Origin: Tubiluchus corallicola
Lineage: Eukaryota > Animalia > Priapulida
Direction of reading: 5' to 3'
Length of the DNA stretch: 64,000 nt
NCBI GenBank assembly: GCA_030141605.1
Contig: JAQGDQ010000112.1
Coordinates: 186,001-250,000, forward strand
In this document: positions 34,804 through 46,700 of the stretch, in pieces
Position numbering within the stretch: the first letter of the stretch is position 1
Layout of the letters: every line of letters starts with the position of its first letter
Made by a program: the position numbers and the translations under genes
Notes under the pieces: generated by a model
Databases searched by the model: none
The model's input: only the letters and a program-made list of their open reading frames with translations
What the model was told of the DNA's origin: nothing

Positions 34804-37800
34804 TCACTTGAGAAAATCGGCCATGTTGAAACTCTGCTGGCTTTCATCATCATAATCTGGATTATCCACTTTACTTCTCTCATCACTTGCTGACGTGGGA
34901 CTTTCTTCATCATTATCAGAGTCAGATAGCTGCAAGTCATTGTCAATAGTACCGCTCATGATAACCGAGTCACCTGACTGGTCTTCTTTTAATGAAGATT
35001 CCTGGGATTGAAAAAACGATGAAAAATCTGCAGATGCACTATTCTCATTTTCAACAGCAGAGAACTGTGCATTTTCACTGTATTCATACTCCATACTTCG
35101 GCCAAATGTCACACGTCGTGATGCAACTGAGTTCTGATTGCCATATTCATCAACATCATCATCCACTGCACTGTAATCAACACGATTAGCCTCTAACTCA
35201 GAATCACTATCACTAAGCTTTAGATCATCAGCATATTCGCCACCAAGGCTTCCATCATTTGTGTCATCTGGTCCTTCCATTAACGCATTTGTATCGTCAT
35301 CACTATTTTCAGGGGTAATTTGCAAATCCATTTCTAAAACATTTTTCATAACTTCATCATCATCCTCGTCTTCCACCTCAGGAAGCTTCGTAGTATCTTC
35401 ATCATAACCCTCTATGTCTATGAAATCAGAATCTTCAGATTTTGATGTTGCAGTCATGCCAAACGCACTTTTCATCAGCATTTTCTTTGCCAGTTCTTCT
35501 TCCATGCTATTCTCGTCATGTACAGATGTACCACCAGTAATATTAGAATCAGTTTCTACTGCTTCTAGTGCCTTCTCTTGCTTAACTATGATTTCCTTTT
35601 CTAATTGTTCTAAATGTTCTTCGTGAACCTGAAGTTCCTCACGAGCTAACTCAAGGATTTTCAGGCCTGTTGTGGTTACTGCATGTTCAGGTCCATTGTA
35701 AGATACACTGTTTTGTGTCATGAGCTCTACATGGGCCAGAAACTCTTCTCGCTTATGATAAGTGTGGCTTTGGACCTTTTTCTTTATGGTTTCTAGATCC
35801 ATTGGAGACTTGATGACATCGTAGTAGTCTTTCACGAGTTTCTTGTTAACTGGTTTGTGAAATGGCCAAGAATCAGGAATTAGAAACAATTTTTGCACAA
35901 TGTTTTCTAGGATAAAAGAAAATGCCACCTGGTCATCATCATCTAGCAAGGGATTAATAGCTTTCTCGAGCCTCATTAACTTCTCTTCCTTCTCAGCAAA
36001 TTTTTTCAAGCACAAATCTAACATCATCTTGGCAGCCCTGGTTAACATACTGTTTGACCCATTATACGTTATACTATTTGTGACAATTTGATTCACATCT
36101 ACAAGGAAAGCCTCTCGTGACTGGTACTTCTTTGCTCGAATGTTTTCACGGATAGTTTGCATGTCCATTGGTGTCACAATAATCTTGTAGTAATCTGGGA
36201 CCTCTTTGGTACTAACTGGATGCAAAAATGGTGCTGTATCAGGCAGATCACGCATTTCACTCAATATTGTCTCCAATATGCTGCAAAGTGTTACTTGTGG
36301 ATCAGCACGTCGCCTGTTGGATGACTGCCGAGGCTTCTTCAAGTAATCACAGTGAATGGTAGTGCCCGGTCGCCGGCGCTTGATACGTTCTTGTTTCATT
36401 ACCTGTTTTGGTATTTTCAACATCAGCGTTTCCCTGCGTACCTTATCGGCATGGTCTAAAAGCTTTCGTGGCAAGGTAAGCTTTGTGCCTTCCACATTTA
36501 CATGTTTATCTTCCTCCAAAGGTAGCTTTGATACCTGTTCTTCTTGCTCTTCAGTCATAGCAACTTGAACAGATGGCACAGGTGCAGCTTTAGCATACAT
36601 AGGACAATCTTTGTTTGTCCTCATGTGTCCAACTGCACCACAAGCTCCACACTTAAGTTTCAACAATGGCTTTAGCTTCATTCTCCTTTTTGGTGGTTCA
36701 ACAGATGGTGTAGTTTTTGCTTTCATCTCATTGCGTTTAATTCGACGCAGCTTCTCTTGAAGACGACGCTTTTCACGTTTTATTTCTTCTCTTTGCTGTT
36801 CATCCAGTGCCGCAAACTGTGCTATAAAAGAATCATTCTTTGTTTGTCTTATCCGACTGTAAAGATCTATGACAGGCGCTTTGCGGACAATTTCAACTCG
36901 CTCATATTCCTTCCCGTCATCTGTACGGAAAGTTCTATAAATCTTCAGTATTCTGCCCGCATTCACCGAAGGCAATGCATCTGTCTCATCATCCTTTGGT
37001 TTGACGTTATCTTTTTTCTTTTTCGTTTCTGCAACTTGTGCATTACCGTCAAGCATTTTCTGTAATTCTCTTCTCTCTGCTTCCTCTCGCTCATGAGATA
37101 ATTGGGTCAAAGATGTCGCTTTCTTTGTTTTCAGCATGTTTTCTATATTTTTTCCCATTTCCTCTATGTCAGAGTCATCCGAGGAACTTTCTTCATCAGT
37201 GGATAAGACTTCATCTGATGCTAAGACCCTGTTTTGTAAGTCAAATATTCGCTGGCACTCTTCCTTATATCTTTCTTGATGTTCTGCTATGCTAAAGCGA
37301 TTTCCTCGGGCAAACTTGCTCATCATCTGGCCGCCTTCCTCATTTCCTGATTTGGATTGCACAGTAGACAGCGTTCTTACCATGTCAATGATATCCCAGC
37401 GTGGTAGTTTATTGATTTCATCCTCAGGTACTCCAAACTTTCTAAGAAGCTGCTTAGCAGTTTTCAGGTTTAGCCGCCTCAAGTCTGCATCTGTCCCGGT
37501 CACAGTTTTCTTAGCTGGAGCAGGTGATTGTTCATCTTTGTTTGCCACAGGCTTATTTGGTACTTTAATATAAGAGAAACCTTCACCACAGCCAGTCGGA
37601 TCAGCAACGCCATTCAAGGACAACAAGCATTTACCTTTCATAGCTGAAATAAATGCACGGGTGGTATTCCATGGCGCTGACAAGATTTCATCATCAATTT
37701 TGACCTGCGAGTCTTCGTCATCATTATCCTCTTGTGCAAACAACGACTTTTCCCCATATCCTGCATCCTTTAGTCTCTGTTCAGCAGCTAACATACCATA

Positions 37801-40587
37801 CCAACCACAACACTGTTCTGGCGATACCATCGCCCTAATTTCCTCCTCTGTTGGCAGGCGAAAATCAGGCTTAATAACCCACCAATTGGAATCCATTCCT
37901 GTTCTTTTGAAATCAGCACAAAGTTTTAGTCGCTTACGAATGCTACTTTCTGAATGAGAGGGAAATGCCTTTTTTATGTCATCCATTCGTATTCTGCGTG
38001 GAATGTCAGTGCTCTTCCAAAACAAGCGATAAATAAACACTTGAAGAAAATCGCGAATAAAATTATTTGCTCTTTTTGAGTTAGGTCCGGGAACCTCAAA
38101 CAGTGGGCACAACTGTCCCACCGAATATATAGTGTTCACTTCGCGTATATAGTAATGCTGCCGTGTGCGAATAACAACAAAATCTGTGTCTAGAACATCA
38201 TGTGGATATATTGGAACACGAAACAAATTGTTCTCAAATGTTTGTAAACACTGACCTGGTTTCAAAGACCCAAGAAAAGGAGAAGTGTGAGCGTAAGACA
38301 GTTCACCATAAAGCAAATCTGGAGCACCGGAATCTTTGCCAGGTCTCCTTTTATAGCAGTTTTTTATTTTAGTTGCCATGCCAACATTCATCATGACTGG
38401 TGGATGTTCTTCTGAATACTCGGCAAGTATCAGTTCTCCATCCATCCCTGTTAGGTCTTGTGGCATTCTCATAAAGAACATCTCTCCGCCTCCCGAAGCT
38501 TGGCGTTCTTGCTCTCTCATACGCGCTTTCTTCTTGATGTGTTTCAATAGAGGATGAACGGACTGTGGGCCAGGTTGGGCCATCATCCCGTAAGAGTATT
38601 TTTTCAGTGTGGGCCTGTGCCAAGTCCTCAACTTAGACTGTCCTAGATACGTAGGAAAGAAAGGCTGCCGTAGTTCAACAGCAGGAGTTGAATGCTGCAG
38701 CATTCCTCCGCCGCCTACATTATGACGAAGAGCATTGTCTTGTGTGAGTTTCGGATTATAATACTCATCATTCGATAAGTTAAAAATATCTTTCTCTACA
38801 GCTTCGGGCATTGGAGGCGGTTCTAGTTCCTCTTTTTGTGACATTATTCCATGCTTTCCTAGAAGAATCTTCGACTTTTTCGGCTCACTCTTTTTACTTT
38901 TCTCTTGAGACTGTGTCTGTTCATTTGGATCAGGATCATCAGGGATGCCTAAAATTATATTTTCATCATTTGGATCAAGCGTGAGAATTTTAGGACTAGG
39001 TATGTGATCCATGTTTTCTGCATCCCATATTACGTCATCTTCCCAACGTTTATAAATCAAGTCAGAATTCTCTACTGGAAAGATTGAGTACCATGTGTTA
39101 TCAGTAGGTGTGCCCATCTCTGAGAATTCACCGTTGTTTTGAGAAGAATTGCTTTTCAATACAACTGTTTTGTTTCCTAGTGGTCCAGACTTTACAGTCA
39201 GACTACTGGTAGACAAACCGGGAGGCAAATTTGATAATCCTGTGCCACCACTACTCATTTGATTGGGCAGTGGAAGCTCCCTAGTCGTGTTGCTCGGAAT
39301 CCATCCAGCCACCTTACTCTTTGCTTCTGCAGCTGCTAGAACTTTAGCTCTCACAGCCTCACCATCCCAAATAACATCATCCTCCCAATGCAACTGTGTA
39401 ACCATCTCATAACACTCATCCGAAAAAATATCTTTAAATTCTTCATCTGCACTAGTATCTGCATCTGCTTCTTTCTTGATGTCATGCAAGTCCGTTTGGC
39501 TGTCAGAATTTATGGTATCGATCTTATCCTGCTCTTTGTAAGTCTTTTTCAGTTTAAATCCATAATCGAATCCGACGCCGTCATCAGGAACACCAAGCAT
39601 ATCGTACCAAAGCTTAGCAGGTCCATATCTCCAAGGAGCGACTTTGGGAGATTGCTCTTCGTTTTTTGAAATTTGTTGATTAACTTCTTTATTATTTTCT
39701 TCAACTCGCATCATTAAAACCTCGTCGTCGGTCATGCACTCTGAAGGGCTTGGTGGATCACCATCATAATCATAGTAGTGCCAACCAAACTTTTTGGCTG
39801 GAGGATCTTCGCTTTCGTCTTCATGCTCTTCTTTAATACCTACTTGCTGTCCACTAACCGCCTTTGATTTCTTACGACGTTTTCGCACACCTCGCCAAAT
39901 TTGGGGCAAGCTGGAATTAGTCTTTGGACCGAAAAGCCTAGAAAAACGCAAAACCCTGCCTCGCTTAAAATCTGGAAACAATTCTGTGACATCAATATTC
40001 TTTAGTTCAGGTGGCATCATATCAGCTAATGGTGCTTTTAGTTCATCACTATTTGCTCCTTCTTTAAAAGTACTAGTAGTAATTGTCTGTGTTTGGTTAT
40101 TGTCCATGTGGTTTTCAGCAATCTCTGTTTTTGCTGTCACGATATCACTAGCTGAAGAAACGTCAGCTGTTGTATTTTTTGACTGCTTCTCAACAGTATC
40201 ACGTTTGTCAGATCCATCTAAACTAGATGTGCTAAGAGTTGGCAGATCTGGCAACACAGCAGTGGAACAGGTGGCATCATCTATATCCTCAGCCAACTCA
40301 TTTATATCAGAGTAATCAACTGCATCGGCAATTTCGGTATCAGTCTTTACTGCTACATTAGTATCATCAGCACTATCGCTTGTTTTATCAGCAGTTATCT
40401 GTTCAACTAATGATCCTATGCCACTCAGCTGGCTCAAGCCCATCAAATGCTGCTTTGACTCTTCATCCAAAATGTCGTCCTGAAGTTGCCCTTCATTGTC
40501 GATGTTGCCGAAAAGGAAGCCGGTTAAAGATATAGGACCTTGGTCATCAGTTCCATCCTGGTCCTGTTCATCTGTTTCACTGTCCAT
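34804..40587 (-). CDS. TAF1: Transcription initiation factor TFIID subunit 1, 1927 aa, intronless CDS
   Basis: One uninterrupted ORF with TAND1 ([19 protein letters not shown]), TAND2 ([13 protein letters not shown]), the central DUF3591/winged-helix region ([27 protein letters not shown]; PWNTTRAFI; [11 protein letters not shown]; GTDADLRRL), a Zn knuckle ([17 protein letters not shown]), tandem bromodomains (NSITYNG, NSVSYNG) and an acidic tail. Minus-strand AATAAA at 34335-34330. Confidence 0.98.
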   Translation of the reverse strand: MDSETDEQDQDGTDDQGPISLTGFLFGNIDNEGQLQDDILDEESKQHLMGLSQLSGIGSLVEQITADKTSDSADDTNVAVKTDTEIADAVDYSDINELAEDIDDATCSTAVLPDLPTLSTSSLDGSDKRDTVEKQSKNTTADVSSASDIVTAKTEIAENHMDNNQTQTITTSTFKEGANSDELKAPLADMMPPELKNIDVTELFPDFKRGRVLRFSRLFGPKTNSSLPQIWRGVRKRRKKSKAVSGQQVGIKEEHEDESEDPPAKKFGWHYYDYDGDPPSPSECMTDDEVLMMRVEENNKEVNQQISKNEEQSPKVAPWRYGPAKLWYDMLGVPDDGVGFDYGFKLKKTYKEQDKIDTINSDSQTDLHDIKKEADADTSADEEFKDIFSDECYEMVTQLHWEDDVIWDGEAVRAKVLAAAEAKSKVAGWIPSNTTRELPLPNQMSSGGTGLSNLPPGLSTSSLTVKSGPLGNKTVVLKSNSSQNNGEFSEMGTPTDNTWYSIFPVENSDLIYKRWEDDVIWDAENMDHIPSPKILTLDPNDENIILGIPDDPDPNEQTQSQEKSKKSEPKKSKILLGKHGIMSQKEELEPPPMPEAVEKDIFNLSNDEYYNPKLTQDNALRHNVGGGGMLQHSTPAVELRQPFFPTYLGQSKLRTWHRPTLKKYSYGMMAQPGPQSVHPLLKHIKKKARMREQERQASGGGEMFFMRMPQDLTGMDGELILAEYSEEHPPVMMNVGMATKIKNCYKRRPGKDSGAPDLLYGELSYAHTSPFLGSLKPGQCLQTFENNLFRVPIYPHDVLDTDFVVIRTRQHYYIREVNTIYSVGQLCPLFEVPGPNSKRANNFIRDFLQVFIYRLFWKSTDIPRRIRMDDIKKAFPSHSESSIRKRLKLCADFKRTGMDSNWWVIKPDFRLPTEEEIRAMVSPEQCCGWYGMLAAEQRLKDAGYGEKSLFAQEDNDDEDSQVKIDDEILSAPWNTTRAFISAMKGKCLLSLNGVADPTGCGEGFSYIKVPNKPVANKDEQSPAPAKKTVTGTDADLRRLNLKTAKQLLRKFGVPEDEINKLPRWDIIDMVRTLSTVQSKSGNEEGGQMMSKFARGNRFSIAEHQERYKEECQRIFDLQNRVLASDEVLSTDEESSSDDSDIEEMGKNIENMLKTKKATSLTQLSHEREEAERRELQKMLDGNAQVAETKKKKDNVKPKDDETDALPSVNAGRILKIYRTFRTDDGKEYERVEIVRKAPVIDLYSRIRQTKNDSFIAQFAALDEQQREEIKREKRRLQEKLRRIKRNEMKAKTTPSVEPPKRRMKLKPLLKLKCGACGAVGHMRTNKDCPMYAKAAPVPSVQVAMTEEQEEQVSKLPLEEDKHVNVEGTKLTLPRKLLDHADKVRRETLMLKIPKQVMKQERIKRRRPGTTIHCDYLKKPRQSSNRRRADPQVTLCSILETILSEMRDLPDTAPFLHPVSTKEVPDYYKIIVTPMDMQTIRENIRAKKYQSREAFLVDVNQIVTNSITYNGSNSMLTRAAKMMLDLCLKKFAEKEEKLMRLEKAINPLLDDDDQVAFSFILENIVQKLFLIPDSWPFHKPVNKKLVKDYYDVIKSPMDLETIKKKVQSHTYHKREEFLAHVELMTQNSVSYNGPEHAVTTTGLKILELAREELQVHEEHLEQLEKEIIVKQEKALEAVETDSNITGGTSVHDENSMEEELAKKMLMKSAFGMTATSKSEDSDFIDIEGYDEDTTKLPEVEDEDDDEVMKNVLEMDLQITPENSDDDTNALMEGPDDTNDGSLGGEYADDLKLSDSDSELEANRVDYSAVDDDVDEYGNQNSVASRRVTFGRSMEYEYSENAQFSAVENENSASADFSSFFQSQESSLKEDQSGDSVIMSGTIDNDLQLSDSDNDEESPTSASDERSKVDNPDYDDESQQSFNMADFLK

Positions 40588-43140
40588 TATTTGCTAGATC
40601 AATGGAAACATCTGAAATCAAAAAATGTATTAAAATACACCTTAAATTCAAATTTCTACTATAAATTTCCCAAGTGGCTGCATTTTCATGGCTCATTGTA
40701 AACACAGCTACCAAAAGAACCTTTCTGCTGCTAACATGTAAGGGTTCTTACAAATGTTCACTTGTTATCATAAGAAATTTCGGCAATGATTAATTTCATC
40801 TTGTCACTCATACGACACTTCGTGTATAAAAATTATTTTTTAGACATTTTAAACAGAGATTGGTGAGATGGAAATCTTACTTAAAGAATCGAAGAAATAG
40901 CCAACGTCCAAGAAATTACTGACAGCCGGCACTGGTTATTTCTTTAATCATACTTATTTTTTTGTAAAATCTTTTATATCAAAATTCCATTCTTTTCTTA
41001 ACAATAAATCATTTGAAGTTTTGTGACTATAGATAAAGTTCCATGCGTCATTAGGACCTATTTAAATTCAATTCAATTTATTTGTCTCTTTTGAACACTA
41101 CATTAGAACGCTATTATAAAACTTCGGTTTTGATTCGGATCCAATCCAATCCAATTTTGTTTTGTTAACAACAGTAAACACTATATGCACATTAGTTATC
41201 TGATCAAGAAATAAAGATGCAGATCTGGAAATTTCTTCATCAAGACAAGTCCAGGAGTACTGCCATTCTTGTATCAAACCACCAAAAACATTATGAATTC
41301 ATTTACAAGCTCAACACCAGGTAAGTAAAAATGTAAAGTGTCCTCGTGCTTTCTGTAAAGCATCCATGCAAATAAACAGAAAAGTGGTTTGGGAAGCTTC
41401 TGTTTCATAATGCACAAGTGCATCATGTAGTCATATCTAGTCATATCTTCTGTACCTGGGACTAGAAGCAAAGTCTGCCCATTTTTAACAGTCCGGCAAA
41501 TACTATGCATAAAAATCACATACTCCTAGGTAGCTTACACTGTAGCGCTGGTAGATATTTTCATGAAAAAGCAGTCCTTTTCACGTCATTTGCATTTGTA
41601 TATTCCTCAGTACAAACTTAGGTACACTGGCAGGTTACCGGTCACATGTATATTGCAAATTGCAAACCATATTAAGAAGCCTGAAAAAATAAAAAATTGA
41701 ATCAATGGGCAAAAAAACCAAAACTGTGTTGACAAGTCAACAGTTTTTAAATTTAAATTTTCTCTTCCAATTTTACCTTAGAAGGTCACTAGGTACCCAC
41801 TGCCCACTCAGTATTTTGATAAGACTTGTCCTAAGTTTTCATAAAGACAATTATCACACTTTGGTCAAACCACAGATCAGTCACATAATGACAAATTGCT
41901 CTTAAATACATAAAGACAATGTGGAACAGAAAAATTCAACATGCCAGGCAATAAGCAGGGAGCAGATGAAATCTCTACCACTGTTTTTACATGCTATCAA
42001 TCTACCGTTTGGCAAGAGCAAAAGCAGTAAAGAAAGAAAAGCGATTAAGCTATTTCTCATCAGAGGTACATTGTATAGGACTATCCCACCACACCTGCAG
42101 CAGGCATTCAAACGGGGGCTGATCTTATCTTTGGATGTGGGTGGGTGCACCAAGAACTTAGGGAAGCCATTCACCAGTTGGTGCCATCTATGGAGCTGAA
42201 ATACATTTATCAAAGCAGGGACACTAACTTGCATAAATTATATATATTTCACAAAGTAAAAGAATTAATTGTATCGTAATGGAATTAATAATTAAAGAAG
42301 GAACACTTGTAAATAGTAAAATAATGAAAACACTAGGCACAATTTTAAACTTTCGAGGTGCCCAAATGTCCCATGCCAAAATGGATGTGCCCAAATGTCG
42401 CAAACCCTTGATCTTCTTCACAAACAAGTATTCTTCACAAACAAATACCAATTTATGGAACAAAATTCCTGAAAAAGAAAACACTATACAGACTGCAAGA
42501 TTATATTGTTACTGGACAGTTCACTGGGCCCATTAGTAGGGACACTACTGGCATTGAGACAAAAAGGTGGCCAATTTCCGCAATCTGCGATATTTTTGTG
42601 CATAATGGGACTGCGTGTAATCATTGTGGCTATCCGTAGCGTAACATCAGTTCAGCTGTGTTCTGCAGCAGTTCTATATTACTGCGTCAAATACTGACAT
42701 ATAGATTTCATAGTTTATTATATTATTACTATTACTTGTATTACTAGCCTGTTTGTGGTAAGCAGGTAAACAGCCAAACTTAATAAGCATCACATCTGGA
42801 AATAAGGCTACACATGAGCAAACTAAGATCACAACTTTCCCAGGCCGAATTAAATATGAAAAAATATCAAAATTACTTTTCTTTCCAAATCTACTGGAAA
42901 AAGTTAGCAACATTTATATCACAATTACAAGCAAGTGTGTACTTGCAAATTGACAGTAGCAGAAGTCTTTGCTCGTATGGCTGGTACTGGGGACAAGCGT
43001 AGGGACATTCTCAACTAATGGTGCACCATCGGACATAGGCAAAATTAATCACGAAATTTAAAATACAACAATAATTGTTATTCTTACTTTTTAGTACAAT
43101 TTTTATAAAATAATAAACAAGAAAGGTTTAAAGTTCTTGC

Positions 43141-43335
43141 ACTCACAAAGTGTGCGACTTAATTTTTTAATGCTCTCTGCGAAAAACACATCAGTGGCAA
43201 ATGACGACGTCGAATTGAAGGCTGCATTTTTGTTGCAAACGTTTTACAACATGTTTCGTTCACTAACAATCATTTGGTTTCGCTCATTTTCTTTCGTTGC
43301 AAAGAGTAAACAATAAATTAATAATACAGGTATTC
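43141..43335. promoter_or_regulatory. Putative bidirectional promoter and divergent non-coding first exons of TAF1 and the nuclear receptor
   Basis: Minus-strand donor GTGAGT at 43146-43141 and plus-strand donor CAG|GTATT at 43330 face away from each other across ~185 bp of locally CpG-rich sequence (TGACGACGTCG). Both genes have a splice acceptor just before the ATG (40612; 43766). Confidence 0.5.
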
Positions 43336-43509
43336 TGCATAGTTATTATGACTGTACTTGTTGAGTATCATATTTTAAGGTATTTGGGCATTTTCTTGTT
43401 GATCTAAATGATGTTTTGTTATTAAAATTAATATTACTTTTAAGTTTTATTTTTAGGGTAGTTTTACAAATAATACCATAAAATACTACACATAATACAT
43501 AATGCACAT

Positions 43510-43575
43510 TCCCTTATTTAGAGTGTGGAATACTTACATGGGGATCTGCCAAAAAAACTACACTGCAAAATCTTG
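43510..43575 (+). mobile_element. Tiny LINE (CR1/L2 group) RT C-terminal remnant
   Basis: Translates FPYLECGILTWGSAKKTTLQ (P.L.Y....WG motif). Confidence 0.4.
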
Positions 43576-43798
43576 GTGCTTATCGATATTGCATTTCATT
43601 TTTTAAGTACTAGATAAATTAAATACTAATGCTCTATTCACAGCATTATTATTAAGCTGATAATTTAACAAATAACTTCCATTTGCTTACATTTCAAAAT
43701 TTGCATGCAGTAGTAGGCAGCATGTTCTCTCCCACTCTCGCTCTCTAACAAAGCTTTGTTTTGTAGGCTTCTGCAGCTACGTGTGTGGTGGTTCTAGT

Positions 43799-46700
43799 AT
43801 GATGGCGGAGGGAGGTGGATCCAGCTCTTGCAGCTGTGGTTCATCTTCTCCCGCCATGTCCCCCGAGAGCACCATGTCTATGTCGCCTCACGGATCAACA
43901 CCTGGTCACGGGCCTCCTAGATTTGAGATGCCCCCAGGGATGACTCCAGAGAAAATGATGGAACTGCAGTTCAACGAGTTCGTACAGAGCGGTCAATTGT
44001 TCATGCTGGACAGAGAGTCGCCGAGCTTATGGCAAGGAAGAGCTGAGATGCCGCCATGGCCAATGATGTTTGGGGATACAGCAGTACCTGGTACACAGGT
44101 TCCCGAAACTGGTCAGCATCCTCCTGTAGAAGTATGCCGTATATGTGGAGACAGGGCGACTGGGTTTCATTATGCTGTGTACAGCTGTGAGGGCTGCAAG
44201 GGATTCTTCAAGAGAACCGTACAGCGTGGTCTGGAGTACACTTGTAAAGAGGGGAGCAAAAAATGCTTGATTAACAAGTACACGCGCAATGCTTGTCAGC
44301 ACTGCAGGTTTCAGAAGTGCATTGAGACTGGTATGAGACGAGATGGTACGTATTTGATTTAAATGTGAGATGCGTTGATCGGTTATTGAATTAAATAGCA
44401 ATTTTACTTATTGTATGATTATAATTTTTCGTAATTTCATTATTATCTACTGCTGTTTTGATTTTTCGGAAGGAGTTTACAATTCCCCATGCAATTTCAA
44501 TACCCTAATCCTAATCCGCTTCACAAACTAATTTGTTGTATGTGGGGAATTGTAAACTTTAGTTGATTTTTCGCATGGTAGAAACTGTTTCTGATTTTTG
44601 ACTTAGTTGACAAATGAACATTTGAAGAGTAAAATGTGATATTTTCTCTCTGAAATGTTATGTCATGTTGGACTGGTAACTGAGCTGGCAGAGCATGGAA
44701 ATACTAATCCCAGGTGTCAGGTTCAAATCCCAACTGGTTCACAATTTTTCAGCATCTGCTTTCTGTCTTCAACTCATTACTCTGAAGGGTAATAATTGTT
44801 GTGGAAAAAGAAATGGTTTATGAATATTCACTGTTATAATCTAATTATAGAAACATGAAATTCCTCCGTTTTTGTTAATTACACTGAATTTGGGAATAAT
44901 TTGAACTAAAAAATAAGCTGTTGATTCAGTGCGTTTTTTCTTTTGTAAAGTAACTTCCTCAACACTGCTAGTGTTATTTCTTGTTTTTTGAAACATTAAC
45001 CCTCTTTCAGCGGTGAGAGAGGACCGAGCTCCAGGTGGGAGGCACAAAATCCGACGACCCCAGCTGACGGAAACGATCAATGTTTTGGACGATCAGAGTA
45101 ATTTACCTCAGTCTAGAGAAGAGCCAATGGAGTCCACATCGGATTTTACTGACAGTTTAGATGTTATAATGGCAGACGAAGTGTTGATGCAGCTGTTGGA
45201 AGCTGCACCACATAAAATACCAAACTTGCCAAGTACGTTGATTTATACTGAGTATCAGGAAATGATAGCCCCTGCTATACAAGTTCCTACACACTTTACA
45301 TTTTCTGTATTTTTTTAATAAACAAAGCACAATGTTTTAAAATTTGTGCACATGAACTAAAACCTGGGGCAGTTCTTTTAGCACAATTAAACAAAATCTG
45401 AACAGAACTACTGCACTAGCGGTCTGCTATTTCCACTAGCTTTTTTAGGAACCTCAGAGACCAATCCTATGGCAAGTAAAGGATTTTGCATTGAGGCTGT
45501 CCCAAAGCCCATGAGTGGTGAGGAAGGACTGCATCTTGTTGGAAAAAACTATGTACGTTGTTACTAGTGAGAGACTAGTGTGATCCATGTGGCTCTCTAA
45601 ATTTCCATTAAACTTCAGTTGGTGATCGAATGACCACTTGCCAGGCTGGATATGCAACTTATTTCTAACTTTTTTTAATCAAAAGAAGAAATAAAAAGAA
45701 TTGTCAAAGCCCTCTTTTGATTCAGAGCTTGCTGAGATTGGAGAAAAATTTAAAAAGAAAATTAGAAATCAAAGTGTATAGTGACTTTTAAGACGTCAGT
45801 TACTTCAAAAATATCAAAAGTAGATGTAAACTTATTCTTAATATTTCAATTATTATATTACTCATTTAATGTGTTTTTCATTTCTTATTTAATGTGTTTT
45901 TTAAAGTTCTTTTCACTGAACATTTTTGTCAGACATCAAAAATCAGGGAAGTTTTTGAAGAAGCCAGTCCAGACATTCTCATTCAGAAGTAAACATAAAT
46001 TGTATTCTGGTCCACTTATGGCCTTCAAAGCTGCAAATGACATCGCTGTTGTGTCAGATATTGAGATTCATACGTGTTCCTTTTGACTTCTGTATCCAAA
46101 AATTAAGTGCTCTTGTGGTTTTGTCAGTTTTTATCTATTTCACTTTTTCATTTTCTTTCTGTACGACAGACGCAGTCATTTCCCGACACCCTTTCGTTTA
46201 TTTGTTTAATATTTTTTTGTAAAAATGCAGCATAAGTTCTTGTTGCGGCTTGAAGAAATGATAGTTATGGTACTTAGTATAAGTTTAAGTTTGAGCGCTG
46301 AGGTCCCTGCTTAATCATATAGTTAAAATTGCATGCTGCAATTACACATGTACTTATAGATGTTGTCAGGCACCATGGTACTGCACTAGCCCATATAGCA
46401 CACTGTAGCCCATATACCGTGGGTGGAATGTGGGCTGCCCGAATACCGCCCAGAATCTGTCAGGAATTGAGCCGAGGTTATTGGCAGCGTCCATTCTCCT
46501 TGTTTATTTAATAATGATAATATAAGATATCAATGCATTGTTTAAATAATTAATTAAATCTAAAAATTATACATTTGATAAAATAAAATATCATTAATTC
46601 TAAGCCAGCTCTACAGTGCCAAATTTTTGACTGAGTTAACAATGCACTTTCATAGAATGTGTTTCAAAATAAAAATAAATATGAATTACTGCGAAGAAAT

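Noticed and set aside
34992-40315. Several plus-strand ORFs up to 173 aa inside TAF1
   Set aside because: Antisense shadows of the long coding frame, with no recognisable motifs.
43781-43798. GTG start in the ORF track for the nuclear receptor
   Set aside because: Eukaryotic gene; the first in-frame ATG after the acceptor is at 43799, unless an upstream exon is coding.
44670-44760. Possible tRNA gene
   Set aside because: A- and B-box-like words are present but there is no convincing cloverleaf, and a diverged relative at 30.2 kb indicates a SINE-like repeat.
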